This document shows, one piece after another, positions 36,680 through 46,797 of a stretch of DNA of 64,000 nt. Position numbers and translations under genes: made by a program. This stretch comes from Sandaracinaceae bacterium (GTDB taxonomy: Bacteria > Myxococcota_A > Polyangia > Polyangiales > Sandaracinaceae). The notes below the pieces were generated by a model. It did not search any database. It saw only the letters and a program-made list of their open reading frames with translations, and was not told where the DNA came from. Positions within the stretch are counted from its first letter, which is position 1. Every line of letters begins with the position of its first letter. Location: contig JBGAQA010000026.1 in NCBI GenBank assembly GCA_044220955.1, positions 1 through 64,000 on the forward strand. The letters are read 5' to 3'.

Positions 36680-37932
36680 AGGCGCCGCGCCAGACCTCGA
36701 CGCGCTACGAGCGCCCCCATCGCCCGCTGCCCGTGCGGCTGCTCAACGGCGTGCTCGGCCTCACCTCGCGCTTCGCGAGCCGCGGCGCCTCGCTCGACCC
36801 CGCGTCGCTGATGGCCGCGGCGGAAGAAGCGACCGGCCTGCTCGACTTCGGCGATCCCTCGTTCCGCGAGCCGCTCGGGGTGCTCGTCGACGCGATCGAG
36901 AAGGAGGCGAACCTGCACCCGCTCGGCCGCGTCATCACGCGCACGCGCCTGATCTCGACGCTCGCGAACCGCGCGCGCATCGAGGAGCAGTACCGGCGGC
37001 ACCCGGAGATCGCGGACGAGAGCGTGTCGCGGCCGATCGTGATCGCGGGGCTGCAGCGCACCGGGACGACGCTCCTGCACCGGATGCTGGCGAGCGACAG
37101 GCGGCTACGCGCGCTCGCGTCGTGGGAGGCGATCTCGCCCGCGCCGCTCGACCCGGGCGGCGGGCCTGACGCGCGCGAGGCCCGCGCCAACCAGAGCGAG
37201 ATCGCGCTCGGATACCTGGCCCCCGACTTCTTCGCGATCCACCCGGTCGAGGCGAGCGCGCCCGAGGAAGACGTGCTCCTGCTCGACCTCTCGCTCCGCA
37301 GCACGGTCGCGGAGGCGACGCTGCGCGTTCCGACGTTCTCGCGCTGGCTGGAGCAGCAGGATCAGACGCCGGCGTACCGCGCGCTCGAGCGCGCGATGAA
37401 GCTGCTGCTCTTCCAGCGGCGCCCGTCCAAGAACGCGCGCTGGGTCCTGAAGACGCCGCACCACCTCGAGTGGCTCGACGTGCTCTTCTCGGTGTTCCCG
37501 GACGCGACGGTGGTGTGGACGCACCGCGAGCCGCGCGAGACGGTCCCGTCGTTCTGCAGCATGGTCGCGCACGGCCGCGGCGTGTTCAGCGATCACGTCG
37601 ATCCGCGCGAGGTGGGCGCGCACTGGTCGAGGAAGATCGAGCGCATGGTCGAGCGGGGGATGGCCGCGCGCGAGGCGGCGGGAGAGCGCCACTTCGTGGA
37701 CGTTCGCTACGAGGATCTCGTGCGGGATCCGATCGCGCAGGCGCGGCGGGTGTACGCCGCTGCGGAGCTGCCCTTCGAGCGCGAGACCCAGGACGCGATG
37801 AAGGACCTGCTCAAGAAGCAGCAGAAGGATCGCTTCGGCCACCACGTGTACCGCGCAGAGGACTTCGGCCTCACGAGCGAGGGCATCGACGCCTCGCTCG
37901 CGGGCTACCGCGCGAGGTTCCTCGGGAGATGA
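36676..37932 (+). CDS. Sulfotransferase family protein
   Basis: PAPS-loop GLQRTGTTLLH; WVLKTPHHL; VFPDA...THREP; YEDLVRDP; GTGA overlap. Confidence 0.92.
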   Translation: MKAPRQTSTRYERPHRPLPVRLLNGVLGLTSRFASRGASLDPASLMAAAEEATGLLDFGDPSFREPLGVLVDAIEKEANLHPLGRVITRTRLISTLANRARIEEQYRRHPEIADESVSRPIVIAGLQRTGTTLLHRMLASDRRLRALASWEAISPAPLDPGGGPDAREARANQSEIALGYLAPDFFAIHPVEASAPEEDVLLLDLSLRSTVAEATLRVPTFSRWLEQQDQTPAYRALERAMKLLLFQRRPSKNARWVLKTPHHLEWLDVLFSVFPDATVVWTHREPRETVPSFCSMVAHGRGVFSDHVDPREVGAHWSRKIERMVERGMAAREAAGERHFVDVRYEDLVRDPIAQARRVYAAAELPFERETQDAMKDLLKKQQKDRFGHHVYRAEDFGLTSEGIDASLAGYRARFLGR

Positions 37933-38026
37933 GCGGCCTCGACCGCTCTCGCGACGGCCTCGCGCGACAATTCGTGTGCTCGGCGGGGAGACGTGGCGCC
38001 CGCAGGGCGTACGCTCTGACACCACC

Positions 38027-38695
38027 ATGACATCTGCCCGCTCCGTCGCGCTGGTCGCGTGTTTCTCGGCCCTCGCGCTCGCCGCCTGCGAGCGACGGGC
38101 CCGCGTCGAGTACGTCGACGTGCAGGTGCCCGTGCAGACGAGCGGCAGCCAGACGGTGCAGCCACCGCCACCGCCCGTCACGCCGCCGCCGCCCGCCCAG
38201 GCCACGTTCCAGATCGAGCTGCAGGCGGGCGTCACCTCGCTGGGAGTGCAGTGCACGCCGGGCGTGGCGGAGTCGTGCAACGGCCTCGACGACAACTGCG
38301 ACGGGCGCATCGACGAGGGCTGCGGATGGCAGACCGGCGCCATCCAGATCACCCTCGCCTGGCAGACCGGCGCGGACATCGACCTCTACGTGCGTGACCC
38401 CTCGGGCTTCGAGATCAGCTACCAGAACCGGCAGTCGCCGACGGGCGGGATCCTCGACCACGACGCGCGCGGCGCCTGCGTCCCCGGCGGCGACACCATC
38501 GAGAACGTGTACTGGTCCACCCCGCAGCCTCCGCGCGGCCGCTACGACATCGCGCTGCACTACTGGGGCGACTGCGGCGTCGCGGGGCCGACGCCAGCGC
38601 AGGTCTCCATCTCCGTCGGCGGGCAGATCGTGGGCGTCTACAACGTCGTCCTGACGCCCGGTGAGCGCCTGCCGATCGCGACCCTGCCCATCTGA
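38027..38695 (+). CDS. Lipoprotein with MopE-like Cys motif and YfaP/DUF2135-like domain
   Basis: LAAC; ESCNGLDDNCDGRIDEG; ITLAWQTGADIDLYVRDPSG; ENVYW. Confidence 0.8.
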   Translation: MTSARSVALVACFSALALAACERRARVEYVDVQVPVQTSGSQTVQPPPPPVTPPPPAQATFQIELQAGVTSLGVQCTPGVAESCNGLDDNCDGRIDEGCGWQTGAIQITLAWQTGADIDLYVRDPSGFEISYQNRQSPTGGILDHDARGACVPGGDTIENVYWSTPQPPRGRYDIALHYWGDCGVAGPTPAQVSISVGGQIVGVYNVVLTPGERLPIATLPI

Positions 38696-38733
38696 CGACG
38701 GCGCGCCGCGCGCCGCCCGGGTAGGATGCGGCG

Positions 38734-40080
38734 ATGCCTCCCCGACCCTTCGTCGCGCCCGCCGGACTCGATGCGCTCGGGCACCTGCCGGGTGAGCGTG
38801 GCTGGCCGATGCTCGGTCACGCGGTCGAGTTCCTCCGCGATCCCCGCGGCCTCACGCACCGCATGCACGCGGCGCACGGCAAGTGCTACCGCACGGGGTT
38901 CCTCGGCATCGTCGCGGTCGTCCTGCTCGGAGAGGACGCGCTCGAGCTCGTCCTGCGCGACCGCGAGCAGGTGTTCTCGAGCGAGCGCGGCTGGAGCTTC
39001 AGCCTCGGGCGCCTCTTCCCGAACGGGCTGATGCTGCGCGACTTCGACGAGCACCGGCTGCACCGACGCATCATGCAGACGGCGTTCCGCAGGGGCGCGC
39101 TGAGCGCGTACACGGACGCGATGAGCGCGCGCTTCGCCGAGGCGCTGCCGCGCTGGGGGAACGTCGAGGACTTCCGCTTCTATCCGGCCATCAAGAAGCT
39201 CACGCTCGACAACGCCGCGGCGATCTTCCTCGGGGCGGAGCTGGGCGACGAGGCGGAGGCCGTCAACCGCGCGTTCGTCGACACCATCGTCGCCTCGCTC
39301 GCGCTGGTGCGCGTCCCGGTGCCGGGCCTCGCGCTGCACCGCGGCCTCGCCGGCCGCGCCTATCTCGAGACCTACCTCCGCCAGCGCATCGCCGCGCGAC
39401 GCGCCTCGCCCGGTACCGACATGTTCAGTCAGCTCTGCCAGGCGACCGACGACGGCGGCCGCGCGTTCTCCGACGACGAGGTCGTCGACCACGTGATCTT
39501 CCTCTTGATGGCCGCGCACGACACCGTGACGAGCGCCCTCACGACGACCGTCTACCAGCTGGCGGCGAGCCCCGTCTGGCAGGAGCGCCTGCGCGAGGAC
39601 AGCCGCGCCAGAAGCGAGGTGCTCGCGCTCGATGCGCTCGACACGCTCGAGCTGCACGAGCGCGTCTTCGACGAGTCGCTGCGCCTCGAGACGCCCGTCC
39701 CCTACATCCCGCGCCGCACGCTGCGCGAGGTCGAGTTCGCCGGGCAGCGGCTCCCGCCGAACACGCACGTCACCGTGGTCCCGGACTTCACGCACCACGA
39801 CGGGCGCTTCTTCACCGAGCCGGAGCGCTTCGATCCCGATCGCTTCGGCCCCGAGCGCGCGGAGCACAAGCGACATCCGTACGCCTTCGTCCCGTTCGGC
39901 GGAGGCGCGCACCTCTGCATCGGCCGCCAGTTCTCGCTCGTCCTGGCGAAGGCCTTCCTCCACCAGCTCGTGCGCCGGTACCGGTTCCGTCTGCCGGCGG
40001 GGCGCAAGCACGAGATGCAGCAGGTCCCCATCCCGAAGCCGCGCGACGGGCTCCCGCTCCAGCTCGAGCGACTCGACTGA
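38734..40080 (+). CDS. Cytochrome P450
   Basis: AAHDT I-helix, ESLR, PERFDPDRF, FGGGAHLCIG heme motif. Confidence 0.96.
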   Translation: MPPRPFVAPAGLDALGHLPGERGWPMLGHAVEFLRDPRGLTHRMHAAHGKCYRTGFLGIVAVVLLGEDALELVLRDREQVFSSERGWSFSLGRLFPNGLMLRDFDEHRLHRRIMQTAFRRGALSAYTDAMSARFAEALPRWGNVEDFRFYPAIKKLTLDNAAAIFLGAELGDEAEAVNRAFVDTIVASLALVRVPVPGLALHRGLAGRAYLETYLRQRIAARRASPGTDMFSQLCQATDDGGRAFSDDEVVDHVIFLLMAAHDTVTSALTTTVYQLAASPVWQERLREDSRARSEVLALDALDTLELHERVFDESLRLETPVPYIPRRTLREVEFAGQRLPPNTHVTVVPDFTHHDGRFFTEPERFDPDRFGPERAEHKRHPYAFVPFGGGAHLCIGRQFSLVLAKAFLHQLVRRYRFRLPAGRKHEMQQVPIPKPRDGLPLQLERLD

Positions 40081-40154
40081 TCGATCGGTGACAGGGGCAC
40101 GCACGCTTCGCGATCGGCGTTCACGGGGAGCGAGGGCTGCGTTAGGGTCGTGCC

Positions 40155-41132
40155 GTGGGGACGCGTCACGTCGCGCTGGCTGCGCTCGCCGTGCTCTGGC
40201 TCGCCTGCCAGAGCGGCGCGGCGATCGGCACGACGTGCGCGCGCACGAGCGAGTGCGCCTCACCGCTGGTCTGCCGCCTCGGGCGTTGCCGGACCGAGTG
40301 CGTCACCGGGCGCGACTGTCCGGCAGGCCAAGCCTGTCTGATCGGGGCCGACGGCCTCGGTGCCTGCGAGCTGCCGACGATCGACGTGTGCTCGGTGTCC
40401 TGCGACGCCCCGCTGATCTGCGCGTCGGGGCACTGCCGCGTCGAGTGCACGAGCGAGAGCGACTGTCCGGGCGGCCACGTCTGCACGAGCAACGCTTGCC
40501 AGCGCGCAGACCCCGCGAGCGACGCCGGCACGAGCGATGCGGGACCGAGCGACGCCGGTCTGGTCTGCGACCCCGTCGCCGAGACCGGGTGCGGCGCCGG
40601 TCGCTGCAGCGTCGGCACGGGCGTCCCGGCGTGCGTCGCGACGATCGGCCCCGGAGCGCTCGCGGCTCCGTGCACCGACGACGCCGAGTGCGGCAGCGGG
40701 CTCTCGTGCCAGGGCGATCGCTGCGTCCGGGTCTGCTTCGTGGCCGACACGAGCTTCTGCGGCCCCGACCTCGCGTGCTCGCCCGACAGCGTCCACGGGC
40801 AGGTCTTCCTCCACTCCGAGAACGGCATCGGCCTCTGCTCGGAGGCGTGCGACATGCTCACGAGCGACGGGTGCCCGAGCGACGCGTGGTGCGGGCTCGG
40901 CACCGACTCGGCCGGCCACGACTTCACGTGGTGTCGCGACGTGGGCGCGGCGGGCACAGGGCAGAGTTGCCGTGGCCAGTACGACTGCGCCGCGGGGCTC
41001 TTCTGCCACGCCAACACGACGTGCCGGCGCATCTGCGACCCGGGCGACCCGAGCGCGACGTGCCCGACTGGCACGTGCGAGCAGGTGACGCACTTCGTGG
41101 CGCGCCCCGACGTCGGGGCCTGCCTTCCCTGA
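40155..41132 (+). CDS. Cys-rich lipoprotein
   Basis: WLAC lipobox; CxxxxDC/CxxxxEC repeats; DAG linker. Confidence 0.78.
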   Translation: MGTRHVALAALAVLWLACQSGAAIGTTCARTSECASPLVCRLGRCRTECVTGRDCPAGQACLIGADGLGACELPTIDVCSVSCDAPLICASGHCRVECTSESDCPGGHVCTSNACQRADPASDAGTSDAGPSDAGLVCDPVAETGCGAGRCSVGTGVPACVATIGPGALAAPCTDDAECGSGLSCQGDRCVRVCFVADTSFCGPDLACSPDSVHGQVFLHSENGIGLCSEACDMLTSDGCPSDAWCGLGTDSAGHDFTWCRDVGAAGTGQSCRGQYDCAAGLFCHANTTCRRICDPGDPSATCPTGTCEQVTHFVARPDVGACLP

Positions 41133-41237
41133 GCAGCGGCGTCCCGAACTGCTCGGCTCGCCCCTCCGGTCCCTCCCCTCCGCGCGCTGGTCGCGCGCTC
41201 CCGTCCGGGCCCTGCGTGGCCAGCACTCCTGTCGTGA

Positions 41238-41873
41238 TCAGCGCTCGAACGCCTCGTCCCGATCCGGCAGCGGGGCTGGCCGGTACGTCGCGGCGAACGT
41301 GGCCATCATCTCGTCGAAGGGCAGATCGAGGTAGAGGCCCCGGTCGCGCTCGTACTCCATGTACCGGTGACCGCTTCCGTCGTACGCGTGCATGAGCGCG
41401 TCGGCCGTGCCGTCGAACTCGAGCGGCGGCACACCGAAGCGCGCGCAGAGCTCCGCGTTGAACGCGGGGCTCGCCTTGTGGACGGCGCCGTCGATCTCGA
41501 GCGCGACGTAGCCGTGGAAGACGAAGAGGTCGGTGCCCATCACGGCGCGCAGCTTCTCGCTCGCGAGGTGGTTGCGGACGTCGGCGAAGCCGAGCCACGC
41601 GGGGATCCCCGCCGCCCGCGCCGCCGCGCAGAGCGCGACCGCCTTCGGCACGCAGTAGCCGCGCGGGCGCGAGAGCACCGTGCTCGCGACGTAGTCCTCT
41701 GGGGCTGGCCCGAGGGAGTAGGGGTCGTAGCGGATGCGATCGCGCACGGCGCGGAAGAGCCTGGCCGCGCGCTCGCTCGGGCTGGACGCGCCCGCACACA
41801 CGTCGCCGGCGAAGGCGATCACGGTGGGATGATCGGAGTCGACGAAGCGCGTCGGGGCGAGCGCCGGGTGCAC
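41238..41873 (-). CDS. Transglutaminase-like protein
   Basis: VRDRIRYDPY, GYCVPKA, GFADVRNHL, FHGY. Confidence 0.88.
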   Translation of the reverse strand: MHPALAPTRFVDSDHPTVIAFAGDVCAGASSPSERAARLFRAVRDRIRYDPYSLGPAPEDYVASTVLSRPRGYCVPKAVALCAAARAAGIPAWLGFADVRNHLASEKLRAVMGTDLFVFHGYVALEIDGAVHKASPAFNAELCARFGVPPLEFDGTADALMHAYDGSGHRYMEYERDRGLYLDLPFDEMMATFAATYRPAPLPDRDEAFER

Positions 41874-41937
41874 GAGCGCAGCGTGGACCAGGGCCGGCGG
41901 GTGCGCACTCGCTCATACTCGACCCGTGCAGCGTGGG

Positions 41938-42516
41938 GTGATTCGCTGGCTGCCGCTCCTCACGCTCTGCGCCGTGGCCTCGGCGCTCGCGCAGGACGTC
42001 GAGCCGAGCACCCCCCTCGTCGAGCTCCACGGCGCAGTCTGCGACCCGCCCTTCTTCGGTGCGTGCGCCCCGAGCGGGCGCCCACCGGAGTGCCGCGTGC
42101 TCCGGACGGCGACGAGCCCTGACGCGACGGTCACCGCGGAGATCGTGGCCGACGGAGACCCGATGGACCTGCAGGCGGTCCACCTCGTCGTGCGCCGCGC
42201 CGGGCGGACCTGGGCGCGTCGCGAGATCGGCCACGCCGGAGTCGGCTGCGGCACGTTCGAGATGTACGCGGCCTCGTGCACGATCGAGGAGCTCCGTGTC
42301 GCGGACGTGCTCGGGGATCCCGCGCCGGAGGTCGTCGTCCGCTACCGCGGCGGCGGCCCGGGCTCACCCGCGGCGTTCGACTCGCTGCTGCTCTGCAGCA
42401 CGGGCGATGCCCCGCGCTGCGTCTCGCGACCGGTCACGCACGCGCGCCTTCGCTTCCGGCGGCCCGACGTCGTCCTCTCGGGGGGCGAGCGCTACCGGGT
42501 CGACCTGGCGCCCTGA
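41938..42516 (+). CDS. Hypothetical exported protein
   Basis: Signal peptide ending ALA-Q; paired Cys; DVLGDPAPEV motif. Confidence 0.6.
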   Translation: MIRWLPLLTLCAVASALAQDVEPSTPLVELHGAVCDPPFFGACAPSGRPPECRVLRTATSPDATVTAEIVADGDPMDLQAVHLVVRRAGRTWARREIGHAGVGCGTFEMYAASCTIEELRVADVLGDPAPEVVVRYRGGGPGSPAAFDSLLLCSTGDAPRCVSRPVTHARLRFRRPDVVLSGGERYRVDLAP

Positions 42517-43724
42517 CGCGACCGCGCTCGCACCCTCGCTCGCGTGCGCATCGCGCGCGACCCCGCGGCCAGGACGATCGAGCAGGCCAGCGCGAGCGCG
42601 AGCGATCCCGAGGAGCCGCCGCCGGCCGAGACGGCGCAGCCGCTCCGGAGCGGACGAGCCGGGCTCGACCGCGCGGGCGCGAGCGGCATCGCGTCGCCCC
42701 CGAGCGGTGACGCGTCCGGCGTCCGGACCGGCGCGCCGGCATCGACGCGGGTCGCGCCCGTGTCCCGGGGCCCCGCGTCGCGCGGCCCCGCGTCCCGAGG
42801 CCCCGCGTCCCGCGCGCCTGCGTCTCTCGCGCCCGCGTCGTGCGCGCCTGCGTCCGGCGTCGGAACCGGCGTGCCGTCGAAGTAGAGCGCTCGGACCGCG
42901 GCGACGTCGCCGCGGCTGATCGTCGACCAGTCGTGCAGGAGCAGCCTGCCGTCGGCACGGGTGATCGAGGCGTGACCGTCGCTCGTCAGCGTGTACGAGC
43001 GGTAGTGCATGCTCGAGGTGATGTCGTAGGCCCCGATGCGTCGCGCGCCGCTCGTCATGATCTCGAACTGCGCGCGGCTCGCGCTCGGCACGTGGCTCCA
43101 GTGGATCGCCACGTGCGAGCCCCGATCCGGCCGCGTGTGCTCGTGCCAGAGCCCGATCACGTGCCCCGTCTCGTGGACGATGACCCCGAGGTTGCACGGC
43201 GAGTAGCGCGAGGTGTCGCGCAGGTACACGTAGCGGCGCCCGCCGCTGTAGCCGGCCTGCGTGCGGCAGAGCGAGTTGCCGCGCTCCTCGAGGAAGGTCA
43301 CGTAGGCCCGCTGGGTGGTCCGGGGCACGAAGCGCAGGCCCGTCGCCTCCCACGTCCGGATCGCCGTGCGCACGTTGCCGGGCGTCGTGACGCTCCCGTC
43401 GATCACGTAGGGAATGACGCCATGCGGCCAGAGGCGCGAGCTGCCGGACACGGCGAAGAGCCCCTCGACGGCGGCGCCCGCCACTGCACCGGCCTCGCTG
43501 ACCTCCTGCTCGTCGTCGAGCACGATGTCGCCCTCGAAGGTCCGGTGGCCTCCGATGGTCTGGTAGCGCAGCTCGACCTCCTCGCCCTCGATCACGAAGC
43601 GGCCGCTGCCGTCGACCGCCTCTTCCTCCGGCCAGCCGCCGAGCTCGCCCTCGATCTCCGCCGGCTCACCTGCGCACGCGGCCAGCGTCACGGCCATCGA
43701 GATAGACCAGAGGCGGCGTCGCAT
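42492..43724 (-). CDS. Astacin-family (M12A) metalloprotease with MYXO-CTERM-like tail
   Basis: LAAC; FEGDI; WPHGVIPY; HETGHVIGLWHEHTRPDR; SSMHY Met-turn; SGCAV + hydrophobic helix + basic tail. Confidence 0.93.
   Translation of the reverse strand: MRRRLWSISMAVTLAACAGEPAEIEGELGGWPEEEAVDGSGRFVIEGEEVELRYQTIGGHRTFEGDIVLDDEQEVSEAGAVAGAAVEGLFAVSGSSRLWPHGVIPYVIDGSVTTPGNVRTAIRTWEATGLRFVPRTTQRAYVTFLEERGNSLCRTQAGYSGGRRYVYLRDTSRYSPCNLGVIVHETGHVIGLWHEHTRPDRGSHVAIHWSHVPSASRAQFEIMTSGARRIGAYDITSSMHYRSYTLTSDGHASITRADGRLLLHDWSTISRGDVAAVRALYFDGTPVPTPDAGAHDAGARDAGARDAGPRDAGPRDAGPRDTGATRVDAGAPVRTPDASPLGGDAMPLAPARSSPARPLRSGCAVSAGGGSSGSLALALACSIVLAAGSRAMRTRARVRARSRQGARSTR
42756..42854 (-). repeat. 15-bp-period coding repeat (D[AT]G[AP][RH])
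   Basis: DAGAH DAGAR DAGAR DAGPR DAGPR DAGPR DTG. Confidence 0.85.
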
Positions 43725-43926
43725 GCAGGGGCTGGGAGCAAGCGCCGAGCCTCCCCTCGAACGGCGCGCGGCGCGAGAGCGCGACCGGCGGGCCGCGCTC
43801 CGGAGGCCGAACTGCGACGTCCGGTCACGCCCGCCGTCGGAATCTGGACGGCGCTGCGCCCAGGCCCGAGCTGCGTCGGCCACGGACGTCCCCTCGGCGC
43901 GCGCCCTGCGCTAGCATCGCGCCGCC

Positions 43927-44785
43927 TTGCCGCTCCCGTTCCAGCGCCGGTTCGACGGCATCTTCTCGGCCACGCTGCACGGGATCGTCGATCGCCTCCG
44001 CGACGCGGCGCCCCCGCTCGCGCTGCCGCCCGGCGAGACCAGCGTCCGGGATGAAGCTCGACCTCGGCGACCTCGCGAGCGTCGACAAGCTCGCCGAGGA
44101 GCTGGCCGAGGACGGCGTCGTGCTCGACGTGCTCGTCCTCAACGCGGCGATCGTGGTCGAGCGCGCGCGCACGTCCCGACACGGCCTCGACGAGATGTTC
44201 CAGGTGAACTACCTCGCGAACTACCTCTTCGTCCGCCGGCTGCTCGCCTCCGGCGTGATCGGCGGCGCGCACGACGACGGCGACCCCGACGACGGGCCGG
44301 CGGAGCGCTTCGCGCCACGCGTCGTGATGGTGTCGAGCGAGTCGTACCGCAGCGCTCGCCCGATCGACTGGCCACGCTTCGCGCAGCCGGCGACGTACGG
44401 GATGCGCGAGGTCGTCGCGGAGTACGGGCACACCAAGCTCCTGCTCGAGACCTTCGCCGCCGAGCTCGCGCGCCGCGCGCCGGGCGTCTCGGTTCACACC
44501 AGCTGTCCCGGCGCGGTCGCGACCGACATCGCGCGCGAGTCGCCCGCGTGGGTCAAGCCCGTGCTCGCCCCGGTGATGAGGCGCTTCTTCAAGCCCGCCC
44601 CCGAGGGCGCGGTGCCCATCGTCTGGCTCGCCGCGAGCCGCTCGATCGAGGGCGAGACCGGCCTCTACGTGCACGTCAAGACGCGCAAGGAGCGCGACCC
44701 GCGCGCCTCCGATCCGCGCACCGGCCGCCGGCTCTGGGACGCCAGCGAGGCCGTCCTCACGCGGCTCGGGCGCGCGCTCGCCTGA
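43927..44785 (+). pseudogene. SDR oxidoreductase (retinol dehydrogenase-like), N-terminally broken
   Basis: 44051-44785 has LDLGDLASV, LNAA, FQVNYLAN, YGHTK, CPGAVATDI but no TGxxxGxG; a plausible N-terminus (43927-44040) is in another frame. Confidence 0.7.
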
Positions 44786-45278
44786 GGGCCCGACCACCGA
44801 CCTGACCCGCAGGACGACCTCGTCCCGCGCAGAGCCCGAGCGCGAGGAGCACGCCGAGCGCCACCCCGAGCGCGCCCGGCCGGGTCCGCCCACCTCCCGG
44901 CGCATGGCACGCGCAGGAGGACGGCGCCTCGTCCACGCAGCGCAGCGCCCGCTCGCAGCGCCCGCGCGCACAGCTGCCGTCGGCGCCGCACTCGGAGAGC
45001 GCGATCACCACGGCGTGCGCCGGACGCCCCATCCACTGCCGCGACGCGTCCTCGACGCAGAGCGGGACCTCGGCGCACGCGCGGGCCTCGTCGTGGCGCG
45101 TGCACGTCGCGTCGTCGGCGCACGTCGTCGCCTCGCAGTAGGGCCCGGTGTGATCGGCGGTCAGCCGCGCGCCACGCGGACACGCCATCGCCGGCATCTC
45201 GATCCCGTCCGCGCGCGCGGCGGCCGCGAGGCCGAGCACGAGCCCCGAGCCCAGCACCAGCGCGCTCACGCGCCGCAA
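44757..45278 (-). CDS. Small Cys-rich exported protein with MYXO-CTERM-like tail
   Basis: Signal ARA-D; CACHAPG + hydrophobic helix. Confidence 0.7.
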   Translation of the reverse strand: MRRVSALVLGSGLVLGLAAAARADGIEMPAMACPRGARLTADHTGPYCEATTCADDATCTRHDEARACAEVPLCVEDASRQWMGRPAHAVVIALSECGADGSCARGRCERALRCVDEAPSSCACHAPGGGRTRPGALGVALGVLLALGLCAGRGRPAGQVGGRALRRARARAA

Positions 45279-45279
45279 G

Positions 45280-45681
45280 TCACCCTCCCACGACGACGAG
45301 CACGTCGTCCGCGGTGCCCGCGGCCCCGTCCGCGCCGGACGAGCGCGCGGTCACCGTCGCGCCGGTGCACTCGATCGACCAGGGGCGCCCCCACTCGTCG
45401 CGGTCGTCGCCGGGTACGAGCAAGCCCGCCGCGGACAGCGACTCCAGGGTCGGACAGCTGCCGGGACCGTGCTCGATCTGCCAGCGCTCGATGGCGTAGC
45501 GCACGCCCGAGGCGGCGGGGCTCTCGATCGGCCCGGGCGTGCTGGTCGAGGTCGACGTCGATGGTCGATTCGCCTCGCCCACGACCGCGAGGCCGAACAC
45601 GCCGGCGAGCAGAAGGCACACCCCGCCGCCGACGAAGAGGAAGAACACCCCCGCGATCAAGAGCCCCGCCCGCTTGCTCAT
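45280..45681 (-). CDS. Membrane-anchored protein with GspG-like C-terminal motif
   Basis: DEWGRPW...SSGADGAAGTADD; N-terminal TM without a prepilin GFxxxE motif. Confidence 0.7.
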   Translation of the reverse strand: MSKRAGLLIAGVFFLFVGGGVCLLLAGVFGLAVVGEANRPSTSTSTSTPGPIESPAASGVRYAIERWQIEHGPGSCPTLESLSAAGLLVPGDDRDEWGRPWSIECTGATVTARSSGADGAAGTADDVLVVVGG

Positions 45682-45849
45682 CGCTTCCTCCGAAACGCGC
45701 CGGACGCCGACGCGCGCACGAGGGTATCCGCCGCGAACGTGCGTGTCGCGGCGCGGAGGCCCCGAGATCGCGCGAGGTGCGCGTGCGCAACTGGCCTCGC
45801 CGTGGTCGGGATCCGTTGACGCGCGGCGGGCGCTTCGCGACGATGCCGC

Positions 45850-46779
45850 ATGCGTCGAGGGCTGGGGAGCACCGTGGCGGCGTTCGTGCTGGTCGCCTGT
45901 TCGGGGAGCGCTGCGTCACCTGGCGCCCCGGAGCCGCCGGCTCCGCCGCCGCCCGATGGCCCGTGCGCGCAGGACGCCGAGTGCATCCTCGTCACGCTGG
46001 GGTCGTGCGGCTGCGGAGCCGTGCTCGCGAGCGCCTCGCGCGGCGCCGACATGGGCCAGGAGTGCTTCGTCGATCCCTGCGGATCCCGCGAGGCCTTCTG
46101 CGACACGTCCGCCCGTCGCTGCGGCGCGCGGGCGCACACCGAGACGCCGCCGCCGCCGCCGCTCACCGACTACACCGTGACGACGACGACGACCGACTTC
46201 GGCGCGGCCCTGCACGAGCACGACACGCTGATCGTCCGCTCGGACGGGGAGGTCACGCTCCGCGCGCCCGGTGGCGGGGAGCGCACGCTGGAGGTCGCGC
46301 CCTCCGAGCTCGACGCGCTCGCGGTCGCGCTCGCTGACCCCGCGTTCGGGGCGCTCGCGTCGACCGAGCTGCCCGGCGAGGGTGTCCTCACGAGCGTCTC
46401 CGTCGAGTCCCCCCGCCTCACGCTCGCGCTGCACTTCTCCCATCCGACGCCGCCCGGTGCGGCCGGCGTGCTCGGCGCGCTCGCGCACGTCGAGCAGCTC
46501 GCCGAGACCCACGCCCCCGAGGCGGCGACCGCGCCCGCGTGCGCGACGGACGCGGAGTGCACGGCGGCGGAGTGCGGCTGCGCGCGCTGCGTCGTGCGTC
46601 ACGTGAGCGAGCAAGCGCCGCGGGGGTGCGCGCCGGGGCGGTGCGTGGCCTCGCCGTGCGCGACCCAGGCCGTGTGCGACCCGGCGACGCACCGCTGCCG
46701 GCTCCCGCTGCCCGGCGCGCCGGTGCCCACCGCGCCGCTCGCAGCTCCCGACGATCTCCCGCTCCCGACGAGCTCCTGA
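45850..46779 (+). CDS. Cys-rich lipoprotein
   Basis: LVAC; two CxxDxEC modules flanking a central domain. Confidence 0.7.
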   Translation: MRRGLGSTVAAFVLVACSGSAASPGAPEPPAPPPPDGPCAQDAECILVTLGSCGCGAVLASASRGADMGQECFVDPCGSREAFCDTSARRCGARAHTETPPPPPLTDYTVTTTTTDFGAALHEHDTLIVRSDGEVTLRAPGGGERTLEVAPSELDALAVALADPAFGALASTELPGEGVLTSVSVESPRLTLALHFSHPTPPGAAGVLGALAHVEQLAETHAPEAATAPACATDAECTAAECGCARCVVRHVSEQAPRGCAPGRCVASPCATQAVCDPATHRCRLPLPGAPVPTAPLAAPDDLPLPTSS

Positions 46780-46797
46780 TCCGCCTCCGAGCAGCCC

